64,000 nt of DNA from an uncultured Rhodanobacteraceae bacterium (GTDB lineage: Bacteria > Pseudomonadota > Gammaproteobacteria > Xanthomonadales > SZUA-5), in NCBI GenBank assembly GCA_937928755.1, contig CALEZI010000127.1, positions 36,098 to 100,097 on the forward strand, read 5' to 3'. Both the position numbers and the translations under genes were made by a program. Under the pieces are notes generated by a model, which was not told the DNA's origin, did not search any database, and saw only the letters and a list, made by a program, of their open reading frames with translations. Positions 10,037 through 18,957 of the stretch are shown piece after piece (the stretch's first letter is position 1; each line of letters starts with the position of its first letter).

Positions 10037-10479
10037 GCGTCGGCCTGCTCGGTGAACAGCGCGCGCAGCGCATCGGGCAGCAGTTCGGCAGGATCGACCA
10101 GTTGTGGCAGGCCGGGCTGGTCGGCGAGGTGCTCGCCCAGCCAGGCATGCTCGGGCAGGTGCAAGCCGGTTGCGCTGCGCTCGCTGTCGATCAGTTCGCT
10201 GACTTGTTCTGCCTGCAAACCGACCAGTCGCGAGTCGCTGCCGTTGCCGATGCGCACGACAATGATGCGCGTGCCCAGTTGCCGCGCCGACGGTCGGCCA
10301 GCGACCAGCAGGGTCAGGTCCACCACCGGCGTCAGCGTTCCGCGGAACGGCAACAGACCGATGACCGCTGCCGGCGCCAGCGGCAATCCGCGCAAGGGCA
10401 CGCGCGGCAGCACTTCGACGATGTCGCGCGCTGCCAGCGCGAGCAGCGAATCGCCGGCGCGGAAGGCGAGCGCGAGCAC
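10033..10479 (-). CDS. wspB: CheW-like coupling protein (WspB-like)
   Basis: 148-aa CheW-domain ORF. Its stop overlaps the wspC start (ATGA). Confidence 0.8.
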   Translation of the reverse strand: MLALAFRAGDSLLALAARDIVEVLPRVPLRGLPLAPAAVIGLLPFRGTLTPVVDLTLLVAGRPSARQLGTRIIVVRIGNGSDSRLVGLQAEQVSELIDSERSATGLHLPEHAWLGEHLADQPGLPQLVDPAELLPDALRALFTEQADA

Positions 10480-10491
10480 TGTGTTCGTCCC

Positions 10492-12141
10492 TCAGCTGCC
10501 GAGGTTGAACTTGGCGATTTCCTGCTTGAGCACGGTGACCGCGTCGCGCAGGCTTTCGGTGGCGGCGTTGAACTCGCGCAACGACAGAGACGTCTGGCGC
10601 GCGCCATCCAGCAACTGGCCCATAGCCTCGCCGATCTGGCGTGCGCCCTGGGACTGGCTGCGCATGCCGTGATTGACGGTGTCGAAGCGCTCCGACAAGG
10701 TCTTCACCTGGCTGATGATCTGTCCGAACTGGCCGCCGACGCGATCGACCGTACCGACGCCGCTGCGAACTTCCTCGGCGAAACGGTCGATTTCCATGAC
10801 GCCGGCCGACACCGCGGTCTGCATCTGCTTGACCATCTGCTCGATGTCGAGCGTGGCTACTGCGGTCTGATCCGCCAGTCGGCGGATCTCGCGCGCCAGC
10901 ACCAGGAATCCGAGTCCCTGTTCGCCGGCTTTCTCGGCTTCGATGGCGGCATTGATCGACAGCAGATTGGTCTGGTCAGCGACCTTGGAAATGGTGGTGA
11001 CGACCCCGGTGATCTCTGCCGCTTCCTCGCGGATCGCGGCGAGACGCGCTGCCATGGCGTTGGCAGCCTGCGCCAGCCGATCCATGGTGCTGTCCAGGTT
11101 CGACAGGCCGGACTGGCCTTGTTCGGCCAGGTCGGCGGTCTGACCAGACACCGCGTTCAGCCCTTCCATGGTCGCCAGCAGTTCCTGGCTGGTCGCGGCG
11201 ATCTGCTTCACCGCGGCAGCGATCTGATTGGTGGATGCGCCAAAACCCTGCACCGTGGATTCCTGCTGGCGGCTGGTCGCGGCAAATTCGGTTGCGGTGC
11301 TCATCAGTTCGACTGACGCCTGTTTCACCCGCGTCACCAATCCGCGCAGGCTCTGATTCATGCCGTTGATCGCGTTCAACAGGCGCCCGGTCTCGTCGCG
11401 ATCGTCGGTGCTCGGCACCGTCGTGGTCAGATCGCCTTGGGCGACTCGATCGGCAATATCGGAAACCAGTTGCACGCGATTGCTCAAGGTGGCGGCTGCG
11501 CGTCGCGCGAACCACGCCATCACCACCACCACCAGCACAATGCCCAGTGCCAGCAGGGATAGCGTGCGCGTCTGGCCGGCGATCAGTTCGTCGGCCTGGG
11601 TTTCGAATTTGGCATTGCGCTGTCGCGCCAGGGCGACGACCTCGACGATGGCATAACGATGCGCTTCATAACGCTGGCGCATCTGTTCGAGGATGCGACG
11701 CGCCTGTTCGCGATCGCCGGCGCGGATGGCGCTGACGAATTCGCCGTCGCGCAATCGGTAGAACTCGAGCGCCGCGCGCGACGAGGTCACCGTCATCAGG
11801 TCGCCCATGGTGTCCTTGGCCAGCGTGCGCTTCCAGTGCTCCTGACGGTTTTCGTACTCGATGCGCAACTCGTTGCCGCGCTCGATCAGCCGGGTGATCT
11901 CGGCCGGATCCTTCTCCTCGACCAGTTGCAGCGTCAGCAGGTAGGACTCGATGATGTATTGCGGAGGCGGCAGGATGTCGGCAATCAAGTCGTTGCCGAG
12001 GATGATCTCGTCGTAGAGCACACCCTTGACCCGAACCTGGTCCAGCGTACGCCAGGCGACCAGCGCGAAGCCGGCGAACAGCACCAGGAATACGCCGACG
12101 AAGAGCGACAATCGTGACGCCAGTTGCGAATTGCGTTGCAT
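10492..12141 (-). CDS. wspA: Methyl-accepting chemotaxis protein (WspA-like)
   Basis: MQRNSQLASRLSLFVGVFLVLFAGFALVAW (TM1), a periplasmic helical domain, TM2, HAMP and an MCP signalling domain (AGEQGLGFLVLAREIRRLADQTAVAT). ATG 12141 follows AGGGAGA. The track ORF starts 38 codons earlier. Confidence 0.85.
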   Translation of the reverse strand: MQRNSQLASRLSLFVGVFLVLFAGFALVAWRTLDQVRVKGVLYDEIILGNDLIADILPPPQYIIESYLLTLQLVEEKDPAEITRLIERGNELRIEYENRQEHWKRTLAKDTMGDLMTVTSSRAALEFYRLRDGEFVSAIRAGDREQARRILEQMRQRYEAHRYAIVEVVALARQRNAKFETQADELIAGQTRTLSLLALGIVLVVVVMAWFARRAAATLSNRVQLVSDIADRVAQGDLTTTVPSTDDRDETGRLLNAINGMNQSLRGLVTRVKQASVELMSTATEFAATSRQQESTVQGFGASTNQIAAAVKQIAATSQELLATMEGLNAVSGQTADLAEQGQSGLSNLDSTMDRLAQAANAMAARLAAIREEAAEITGVVTTISKVADQTNLLSINAAIEAEKAGEQGLGFLVLAREIRRLADQTAVATLDIEQMVKQMQTAVSAGVMEIDRFAEEVRSGVGTVDRVGGQFGQIISQVKTLSERFDTVNHGMRSQSQGARQIGEAMGQLLDGARQTSLSLREFNAATESLRDAVTVLKQEIAKFNLGS

Positions 12142-12306
12142 CTCGATCTCCCTCTGCGGATCGTCACGATCATAACCAGACGCTGCGGCGGTCGCGCGCG
12201 TACAGTGCTTTGGTGGTCCAGACATTTCTGGGCGCTCTCCCTGCCACCGGGCCAACAGCGTCCAGACCAGTATGGACCCACCAGAGCTCGCGTTCCGATC
12301 AGACGA

Positions 12307-13470
12307 TCAGCGCAAACCGGTCTCGTTGCGTGCGATCACCATGCGCTGGATTTCGCTGGTGCCCTCGTAAATTTCGGTGATCTTGGCGTCGCGGAAATAG
12401 CGCTCCAGTGGCATTTCCTTGGAGTAGCCCATGCCGCCATGGATCTGGATCGCCTGGTGGGTGATGTACATGGCGGTTTCCGACGCAAACAGCTTGGCGC
12501 ACGACGCTTCGGTGGAAAAACGCGCGCCGGTTTTCAGCGATTCCTGCTTCGCCCAGGCTGCGCGCAGCGTCAGCAGCCACGCGGCGTCGAGGCGCATCTT
12601 CATTTCGGCGATCTTCGACTGGATCATCTGGAACGAGCCGATCGAATGGCCGAAGGCCTTGCGATCGCGCGAATAGATGATGCTGGCGTCATAGGCGGCG
12701 CGCGCGAGGCCAACGGCCTGCGAGGCGATGCCGATGCGACCAGCGTCGAGCACGCCCATCGAGATCTTGAACCCGTCGCCCTCGCGGGAAATGCGATCTT
12801 CGGCGGGAATCCGGTAATCGGTGAACTCGATCTCGCAGGTTGCGGAGGCGCGAATGCCGAGTTTGGGCTCGGTCTTGCCACGGTGGAAACCCTCGCGCTC
12901 GGTGTCGACGATGAAGGCGCTGATGCCCTTGGCGCCGCGCGTCGGATCGGTCATTGCGAACAGCATGATGTACTTGGCGACCGGCCCTGAGGTGATCCAG
13001 CTCTTCTTGCCGTTCACCGTGTAATAACTGCCATCGGCCGAGGGTACCGCGCGGATGCGCATCGACGCGGCATCGGATCCGGATTGCGGCTCGGTCAGCG
13101 CAAACGCGCCAATCGCCTGGCCGGTCGCGATCGGCGTCACGTAGCGATGCTTCTGCGCTTCCGAGCCGTACTTCAACAGCCCGTTGCAGTAGAGCGTGTT
13201 GTTGACGCTCATGATGGTCGAGTGCGCGCAGTCGGCGGCCGCGATCTCGATCATGGCCAGCGCGTAGGCGATCGAATCCATGCCGGCGCCGCCGTATTCG
13301 GCGGGCACCTCGATGCCCATCAGGCCGTTCTCGCCGAGGACCTTGATCGTTTCCATCGGAAATTCGCCGGTGCGGTCGCACTCGGCGGCGATCGGCGCGA
13401 TGCGCTCGGCGGCAATGCGCCGGGCGATGTCCTGGATCATCAACTGCTCTTCGGTGAACTGGAAGTCCAT
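12307..13470 (-). CDS. Acyl-CoA dehydrogenase (short/medium-chain type)
   Basis: MDFQFTEEQLMIQDIARRIAAERIAP... and a C-terminal ...RYFRDAKITEIYEGTSEIQRMVIAR signature. ATG 13470 chosen over the upstream ORF-track start. Confidence 0.9.
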   Translation of the reverse strand: MDFQFTEEQLMIQDIARRIAAERIAPIAAECDRTGEFPMETIKVLGENGLMGIEVPAEYGGAGMDSIAYALAMIEIAAADCAHSTIMSVNNTLYCNGLLKYGSEAQKHRYVTPIATGQAIGAFALTEPQSGSDAASMRIRAVPSADGSYYTVNGKKSWITSGPVAKYIMLFAMTDPTRGAKGISAFIVDTEREGFHRGKTEPKLGIRASATCEIEFTDYRIPAEDRISREGDGFKISMGVLDAGRIGIASQAVGLARAAYDASIIYSRDRKAFGHSIGSFQMIQSKIAEMKMRLDAAWLLTLRAAWAKQESLKTGARFSTEASCAKLFASETAMYITHQAIQIHGGMGYSKEMPLERYFRDAKITEIYEGTSEIQRMVIARNETGLR

Positions 13471-13735
13471 GGGCGGATGCTCGTGAGGGGAGAAAGGGCA
13501 GGGGGCCGATTGTAGCGACTCGAACATGATTGAGCTGCAAAGGCGACGCGGCGTAGCGCTGCGCCTCGACGGCGCGTGGCAGCGACCTCGGATCGCGAAC
13601 TCTGCTCGTGATCTCAGGTGAGCGGATCAATAATCAACAACATACGACATGTCTGGTCCGCGGGCCGGCAGCTACGCCTGATGTCGAGCACGCCGCCTAT
13701 ACTGGACCCCGCACTTGTCGGCTGGATTCGAACAG

Positions 13736-15730
13736 ATGAACTTCAAGCAGTTGCTGTGGTGGGCTGGACTGTGGGCGGGTCTGCATGGATGCGCGACCAC
13801 CACCCGACCTGCAGACCCGGCGCCGGCGCCAGCGCCCGTCGTGGCGCAGGGTCAGCTGATCGCCGACGGCGTGCCCGCGGCTTCCGACGCGCTCGGCGAG
13901 GCCCTGCGTCCGTATCGCAACATGCGCCCGGCGATCTTCCACGGCTGGCTGGCGGACGATTCCGGTGTGCTGGTGTCGCTGCGTTTCGGCGACGTGCCGC
14001 AACTCGCCAAGGTGACGCAGCCGAGCGGCATGCGCACCCAGCTGACCTTCTACGCCGAGCCAATCCTGCAGGCCTGGGTCAGCCCGAGTCGCGATGTCAA
14101 CGGCGCCATCTTTGTCAAGGATCGCGGCGGCGACGAGTACTACCAGTTGCATTTCATCGATTTCAGCAGTGGCCGCTCGCGCCTGCTGAGCGATGGCCAG
14201 TCGCGCAACCTGGATCTGGTGTTCGCTCGCGACGGCAAGCAGTTCGCCTATTCCAGCACGCGCCGCAACGGGCGCGACACCGATGTCTGGATCGGCAACC
14301 TTGACGATGACCAGCCGCATCGCATCGCCTTCGAACAGGGGGGCAGCTGGAAGCCGCTGGACTTCTCGCCGGACGCGAGCAAGTTGCTGGTGCAGGAGCG
14401 GCGCATCTCGCGAGTCGATGCGCGTTTGCATGTGCTCGATCTGGCCAGCGGCGCGCTGACTCGCGTCGAGATCGGGCGCGAACCGAGCCTGGAAGCCGAC
14501 GCCCGCTTCGATAACGACGGCCGCCACCTGCTGGTGGCCACCGACGCGCTCGGCGAGTTCGTCGATGTGGTGCGATTCGATCTGCAGACCGGAGTGGTTG
14601 CGCCGCTGCACGCGCCCCAGGCGTGGGAAGTCGATGCCATGGACCTCAGCATCGATGGCCGGCATCTGGCCCTGATGCGCAATGTCGACGGCAGCAGCGA
14701 GATCAGTGTGCTCGACCGCCAGGACTCGATGAAGGAAGTCAGCTCGATCAAGTTCGATCAGGGCGTCGCGCGCTCGCCGCGCTTCAACCATGCCGGAACC
14801 GAAATCGCCTTTGACGTCAGCGGCGCGCAGATTCCCGGGGATGTGTTCTCGCGGTCGCTGAATTCGGGTTTGCTGACGCGCTGGACCCAGGGCGAGACCG
14901 GCGGGATGGACGCGAACGGCTTCATCACGCCGAAGACCATCCGCTTTGGCAGCTTCGACAACGACCCGGCGATGCTGAACCTGCCGCGGCAGATTCCCGC
15001 CTTCGTCTACACGCCGCCTGGCAGCGGTCCATTTCCGGTGCTGATCATGATCCACGGTGGCCCGGAGGCGCAGGCGCGACCGGCCTTCAACGAGTTCATC
15101 CAGTTCCTGGTGCGAGAACGGGGCGTCGCCGTGGTGGTTCCGAACGTGCGCGGTTCGAGCGGCTACGGCAAGACCTACATGGCGCTGGACAACGGCCGCA
15201 AGCGCGAGGATGCCGTCAAGGACATCGGTGCGCTGATCGGTTATCTCGGCACCCAGCCGCAGTACGATACCCGTCGCATCGGGGTTTACGGTGGCAGTTA
15301 TGGCGGCTACATGGTGCTGGCATCGATGGTGCACTACGCCGATCAACTGCGCGCCGGGGTGAACATCGTCGGCATCAGCAACTTCGTGAGCTTCCTGCAG
15401 AATACCAACCCTTATCGAGTGGATTTGCGCCGACCCGAATATGGGGACGAACGCGACCCGGAAATGCGCGAGTTCTTGCACGGAATCTCGCCTTTGACCC
15501 AGGTCGAGAAGATCCGCAAACCGTTGTTCGTGATCCAGGGCGCCAACGATCCCCGGGTTCCACGCAGCGAGGCGGAACAGATCGTTCAAGCGGTACGCGC
15601 CAACGGTCGCGACGCCTGGTATCTGCTGGCGCTGGATGAAGGGCACGGATTCCGCAAGAAGTCCAACCTCGACCGCATGACTGATGCCGTGGTGCAGTTT
15701 CTCGACCAGCATCTGTTGCCGGCGCAGTGA
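13736..15730 (+). CDS. S9 family serine peptidase (prolyl oligopeptidase/dipeptidyl-peptidase type) with N-terminal beta-propeller; probable lipoprotein
   Basis: MNFKQLLWWAGLWAGLHGC signal. The C-terminal hydrolase domain has GGSYGGYM (nucleophile Ser), GANDPRVP (Asp) and LDEGHGF (His). Confidence 0.85.
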   Translation: MNFKQLLWWAGLWAGLHGCATTTRPADPAPAPAPVVAQGQLIADGVPAASDALGEALRPYRNMRPAIFHGWLADDSGVLVSLRFGDVPQLAKVTQPSGMRTQLTFYAEPILQAWVSPSRDVNGAIFVKDRGGDEYYQLHFIDFSSGRSRLLSDGQSRNLDLVFARDGKQFAYSSTRRNGRDTDVWIGNLDDDQPHRIAFEQGGSWKPLDFSPDASKLLVQERRISRVDARLHVLDLASGALTRVEIGREPSLEADARFDNDGRHLLVATDALGEFVDVVRFDLQTGVVAPLHAPQAWEVDAMDLSIDGRHLALMRNVDGSSEISVLDRQDSMKEVSSIKFDQGVARSPRFNHAGTEIAFDVSGAQIPGDVFSRSLNSGLLTRWTQGETGGMDANGFITPKTIRFGSFDNDPAMLNLPRQIPAFVYTPPGSGPFPVLIMIHGGPEAQARPAFNEFIQFLVRERGVAVVVPNVRGSSGYGKTYMALDNGRKREDAVKDIGALIGYLGTQPQYDTRRIGVYGGSYGGYMVLASMVHYADQLRAGVNIVGISNFVSFLQNTNPYRVDLRRPEYGDERDPEMREFLHGISPLTQVEKIRKPLFVIQGANDPRVPRSEAEQIVQAVRANGRDAWYLLALDEGHGFRKKSNLDRMTDAVVQFLDQHLLPAQ

Positions 15731-17136
15731 GCGGGACCGGCCTCCCCGGCGATCTGACCTTGCTGAGTGCGGCGCAGGCGGCTGCGGCGCTGGCAGCCGG
15801 GCAGTGCAGTGCGGTGGAACTGTGCGGCGCCTATCTGGCACGCATCGAACGCGACAACCCAGGCGTCAATGCGTATCTGCATGTCGATGCCGAAGGTGCA
15901 CTGGCGCAGTCGCGCGCCAGCGACGAGCGCCGTGCGAAGGGCAGGGCGCATCACCCGCTCGACGGCATTCCGTTCGGCATCAAGGACAATATCGCGGTGG
16001 CCGGAATGCCACTGACCGCCGGAATGCAAGCCCGGCGGGATCGGATTGCACTGGACGATGCCTATTGCGTCACCAGGCTGCGGCGCGCCGGAGCGGTGAT
16101 CCTCGGCAAGCTCAACCTGCCCGAGGCGGCGCTCGGCGCCGACAGCGACAATCCATGGTACGGGCCGTGCCAGAATCCGCGTCGCCACGGCTACAGCAGC
16201 GGCGGCTCCAGTTCCGGTTCCGCTGCGGCACTGGCCGCGCATTTGTGCGCGCTCAGTCTCGGCAGCGACAGCATGGGTTCGGTCCGCATTCCAGCCGCGT
16301 ACTGCGGCGTGGTTGGCCTGAAGCCCAGCAACGGTCGTGTCTCGCAACGTGGGTTGGTGACCGCCTCACGGCGGCTGGACACGGTAGGGCCGATGGCGCG
16401 CACGGTCACCGATCTGTCCGCCGTATTCCAGCAGGTCTCCGGCGTCGATGCCTTCGACGCGCATTCGCGCAGCGTGCCGCTGGCGCACATCGAGCGTCGG
16501 CCCGAGCGCTTGCGCATCGGCGTTCTCGCCAACCTCGCCGCGCACGGCGTCGAAGCCGATGTGGCCGCCGCTTTCGAACGCGCGCTCAGTCGATTGTCGC
16601 CGCTGCTGCCCAGGCTTCGTCCGATCGATTTCGGCGATGTCGATTTCGGTCGCTTGCGGCGTGCCGGCCTGTTGTTGTGCGAGGCGGAAATGAACCTGGT
16701 GCACGCGCCCGATCTGGCCGCGCACCCGCAACAGTTTTCCCCGCAGTTGAAGGCGCTGCTCGCCTACGCCGGCACGCGCTCGGCGATCGACGGCGCTGCC
16801 GCGTCGTGGTTGCTCGACGGGGCAATCCTGAAGGCGCGTCGGGTGTTTTCGGAGGTCGATGTACTGCTGACGCCGACCACGCCACAGCCGGCATTTGCGC
16901 TCGGCTCGCCGGTGCCTGCCAACCAGGCGGACCTGACTGCCTTTGCCAACTTTGCCGGAATCCCGGCGCTCAGCTTGCCGATGGGGCCTGGCGTCGATGG
17001 CTTGCCGCTCGGCCTGCAACTGCTGGGACCGATCGGCAGCGACCTGCAGTTGATGGCATTGGGCGAACGCATCGAGGCTGTTCTTGGCGAATGCCAGGCA
17101 AGCGTGGACGGGACCTCGCACGCCGCTCTTGACTGA
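15727..17136 (+). CDS. Amidase-signature family amidase
   Basis: GIPFGIKDNIAVAG (Lys) and GGSSSGSAAALA...GSDSMGSVRIPAAYCG (Ser-cisSer). The GTG start overlaps the peptidase stop (GTGA). Confidence 0.85.
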   Translation: MSGTGLPGDLTLLSAAQAAAALAAGQCSAVELCGAYLARIERDNPGVNAYLHVDAEGALAQSRASDERRAKGRAHHPLDGIPFGIKDNIAVAGMPLTAGMQARRDRIALDDAYCVTRLRRAGAVILGKLNLPEAALGADSDNPWYGPCQNPRRHGYSSGGSSSGSAAALAAHLCALSLGSDSMGSVRIPAAYCGVVGLKPSNGRVSQRGLVTASRRLDTVGPMARTVTDLSAVFQQVSGVDAFDAHSRSVPLAHIERRPERLRIGVLANLAAHGVEADVAAAFERALSRLSPLLPRLRPIDFGDVDFGRLRRAGLLLCEAEMNLVHAPDLAAHPQQFSPQLKALLAYAGTRSAIDGAAASWLLDGAILKARRVFSEVDVLLTPTTPQPAFALGSPVPANQADLTAFANFAGIPALSLPMGPGVDGLPLGLQLLGPIGSDLQLMALGERIEAVLGECQASVDGTSHAALD

Positions 17137-17180
17137 GGCAGACTTCCGATGCGTCACCCACCATCAGAGGGAGAGCATCC

Positions 17181-17510
17181 ATGGCAGGCAAGTTCGTCGT
17201 CAGTCGCCGCAGCAATGGCGAGTTCCAGTTCGTGCTCAAGGCCAGCAATGGCCAGACCATTCTCACCAGCGAAGGTTATTCGGCTCGCGAGGGCTGCCTG
17301 AACGGCATCCAGTCGGTGCGTGCGAACGCGGCCGATGCTTCGCGCTTCGAGAAGCGCACGTCGAGCGATGGCAGGCCGTATTTCGTGCTCAAGGCCGGCA
17401 ACCACCAGGTCATCGGCCAAAGCCAGATGTACTCCGGCGATGACAGTTGCGACAACGGCATGGCTTCGGTGGGCAATCACGCCAGCGATGCGGTGATCGT
17501 CGAGGAGTAG
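17181..17510 (+). CDS. YegP family protein (tandem DUF1508)
   Basis: 109 aa with two DUF1508-like repeats (GEFQFVLKASNGQTILTSEGY; GRPYFVLKAGNHQVIGQSQMY). RBS AGAGGGAGAG lies upstream. Confidence 0.8.
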   Translation: MAGKFVVSRRSNGEFQFVLKASNGQTILTSEGYSAREGCLNGIQSVRANAADASRFEKRTSSDGRPYFVLKAGNHQVIGQSQMYSGDDSCDNGMASVGNHASDAVIVEE

Positions 17511-18128
17511 GTGGCAGCTACACAGTTTCTGGCACTGCCGGGCGCCGAGGTCAGCTATCACGAGAATTGGCTCGACCCGGCCGCTGCCAGTTCAGCACTT
17601 GCCGCATTGCTGGCGGAAGTGCCGTTCACGCAGCACCGGGTGCGCCTGTTCGGGCGCGAACTGCCGGCGCCGAGGCTGTCGGCATGGGTTGGCGATCCCG
17701 GCGCGAGTTATCGCTATTCGCGCGTGCTGCACAAGCCGCTGCCTTGGACGGCAACCCTGGCGGCACTGCGCGAGCGTCTCAACCGCGAGTTTGGCGTGCG
17801 CTTCAACAGCGTGCTGGTGAATCGTTATCGCGACGGACGCGACAGCATGGGCTGGCATGCCGACGACGAGCAAGAACTCGGCCGGCAGCCGTTGATCGCG
17901 TCGATCAGTCTGGGCGCAGTACGCAAGATGCGTTTTCGTGCACGTGCAGCCGCAAACGTCGGCTGCGCGCTCGACCTGGCTTGCGGCAGCCTGTTGCTGA
18001 TGGCTGGTGACACGCAAAGGCTGTATCAGCATGCCGTCCCGAAGACGAATGCGGAAGTCGGCGAACGCATCAATCTGACCTACCGGGTCATCCGTGCCAT
18101 CACTGCGCCGGATTCGCCAGCCGGCTAA
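17511..18128 (+). CDS. alkB: Alpha-ketoglutarate-dependent dioxygenase AlkB-like
   Basis: 205 aa. NSVLVNRYRDGRDSMGWHADDE...ISLGAVRKMRFR...LYQHAVP, an AlkB-type 2OG-Fe(II) oxygenase pattern. GTG start directly follows the yegP-like stop. Confidence 0.8.
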   Translation: MAATQFLALPGAEVSYHENWLDPAAASSALAALLAEVPFTQHRVRLFGRELPAPRLSAWVGDPGASYRYSRVLHKPLPWTATLAALRERLNREFGVRFNSVLVNRYRDGRDSMGWHADDEQELGRQPLIASISLGAVRKMRFRARAAANVGCALDLACGSLLLMAGDTQRLYQHAVPKTNAEVGERINLTYRVIRAITAPDSPAG

Positions 18129-18149
18129 CATCCGCAGCAAGCGGCAATC

Positions 18150-18599
18150 ATGGACAGGGTCATGCGCAAATTGTTGTGGGTGGGCGGAATCGTGTTGACC
18201 ACGGCGGCGTGCTCGGCGGCGACGCCGACGGTGGAGTTGCGCGGCGAGGTCTATCGCGTCGAAGTGGCCGACGACAATGCCGAACGTGCGCGCGGCTTGA
18301 TGCATCGTGACCGCATGGACGCGGATGCCGGCATGCTGTTCCTGTTCGAGCGCCAGGAACCGCAGGCGTTCTGGATGAAGAACACCAGGATTCCGCTGGA
18401 TATCCTGTACTTCGACCAGGACTGGACCCTGGTTGGCTGGAGTCTGGACACACCACCGTGTTCGCTCGGCGATCGTTGTCCAAGTTATCCGAGTCAGGCC
18501 CCCGCGCGTTACGTGCTCGAACTCAACGCCGGTACTGCGGCACGTATCGGAGCGCAGTTTGGCGACAAGCTGACGGTTCACGGGCTCGAGGTCGATTGA
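18150..18599 (+). CDS. DUF192 domain protein (secreted/lipoprotein)
   Basis: Signal LLWVGGIVLTTAAC. DUF192-like core VEVADDNAERARGLMHRDRMDADAGMLFLF...FWMKNTRIPLDILYFD. Confidence 0.75.
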   Translation: MDRVMRKLLWVGGIVLTTAACSAATPTVELRGEVYRVEVADDNAERARGLMHRDRMDADAGMLFLFERQEPQAFWMKNTRIPLDILYFDQDWTLVGWSLDTPPCSLGDRCPSYPSQAPARYVLELNAGTAARIGAQFGDKLTVHGLEVD

Positions 18600-18613
18600 G
18601 TCGCCGACACCAG

Positions 18614-18947
18614 CGACGGCTGACGGGCTACTGTAGAGCCGAGCTTGCTCGACTTGGGCATGCGGAAAAGGCAGCGGAGCAAGCTCCGCTCTACAGGAGC
18701 AACGGCCCACGTGCCTTTGTAGAGCCGAGCTTGCTCGGCTTGGGCATGCGGAAAAGGCAGCAGAGCAAGCTCCGCTCTACAGGAGCAGGAGCGACGGCAA
18801 ACGCAGCGGAGCAAGCTCCGCTCAACAGGAGCGACGGCTGACGGGCCTTTGTAGAGCCGAGCTTGCTCGGCTTGGGCATGCGGAAAAGGCAGCGGAGCAA
18901 GCTCCGCTCTACAGAAGGCAGAGGCAGCGGAGCAAGCTCCGCGCTAC
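18614..18947. repeat. REP/BIME-like cluster: three 66-bp paired-hairpin units plus two single hairpins
   Basis: Units at 18631-18696, 18717-18782 and 18849-18914 read tGTAGAGCCGAGCTTGCTCGGCttgggcatgcggaaaaggcaGCGGAGCAAGCTCCGCTCTACag. Single type-b hairpins lie at about 18807 and 18927. The cluster sits between convergent gene ends. Confidence 0.85.
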
Positions 18948-18957
18948 ACAAGGCGGG

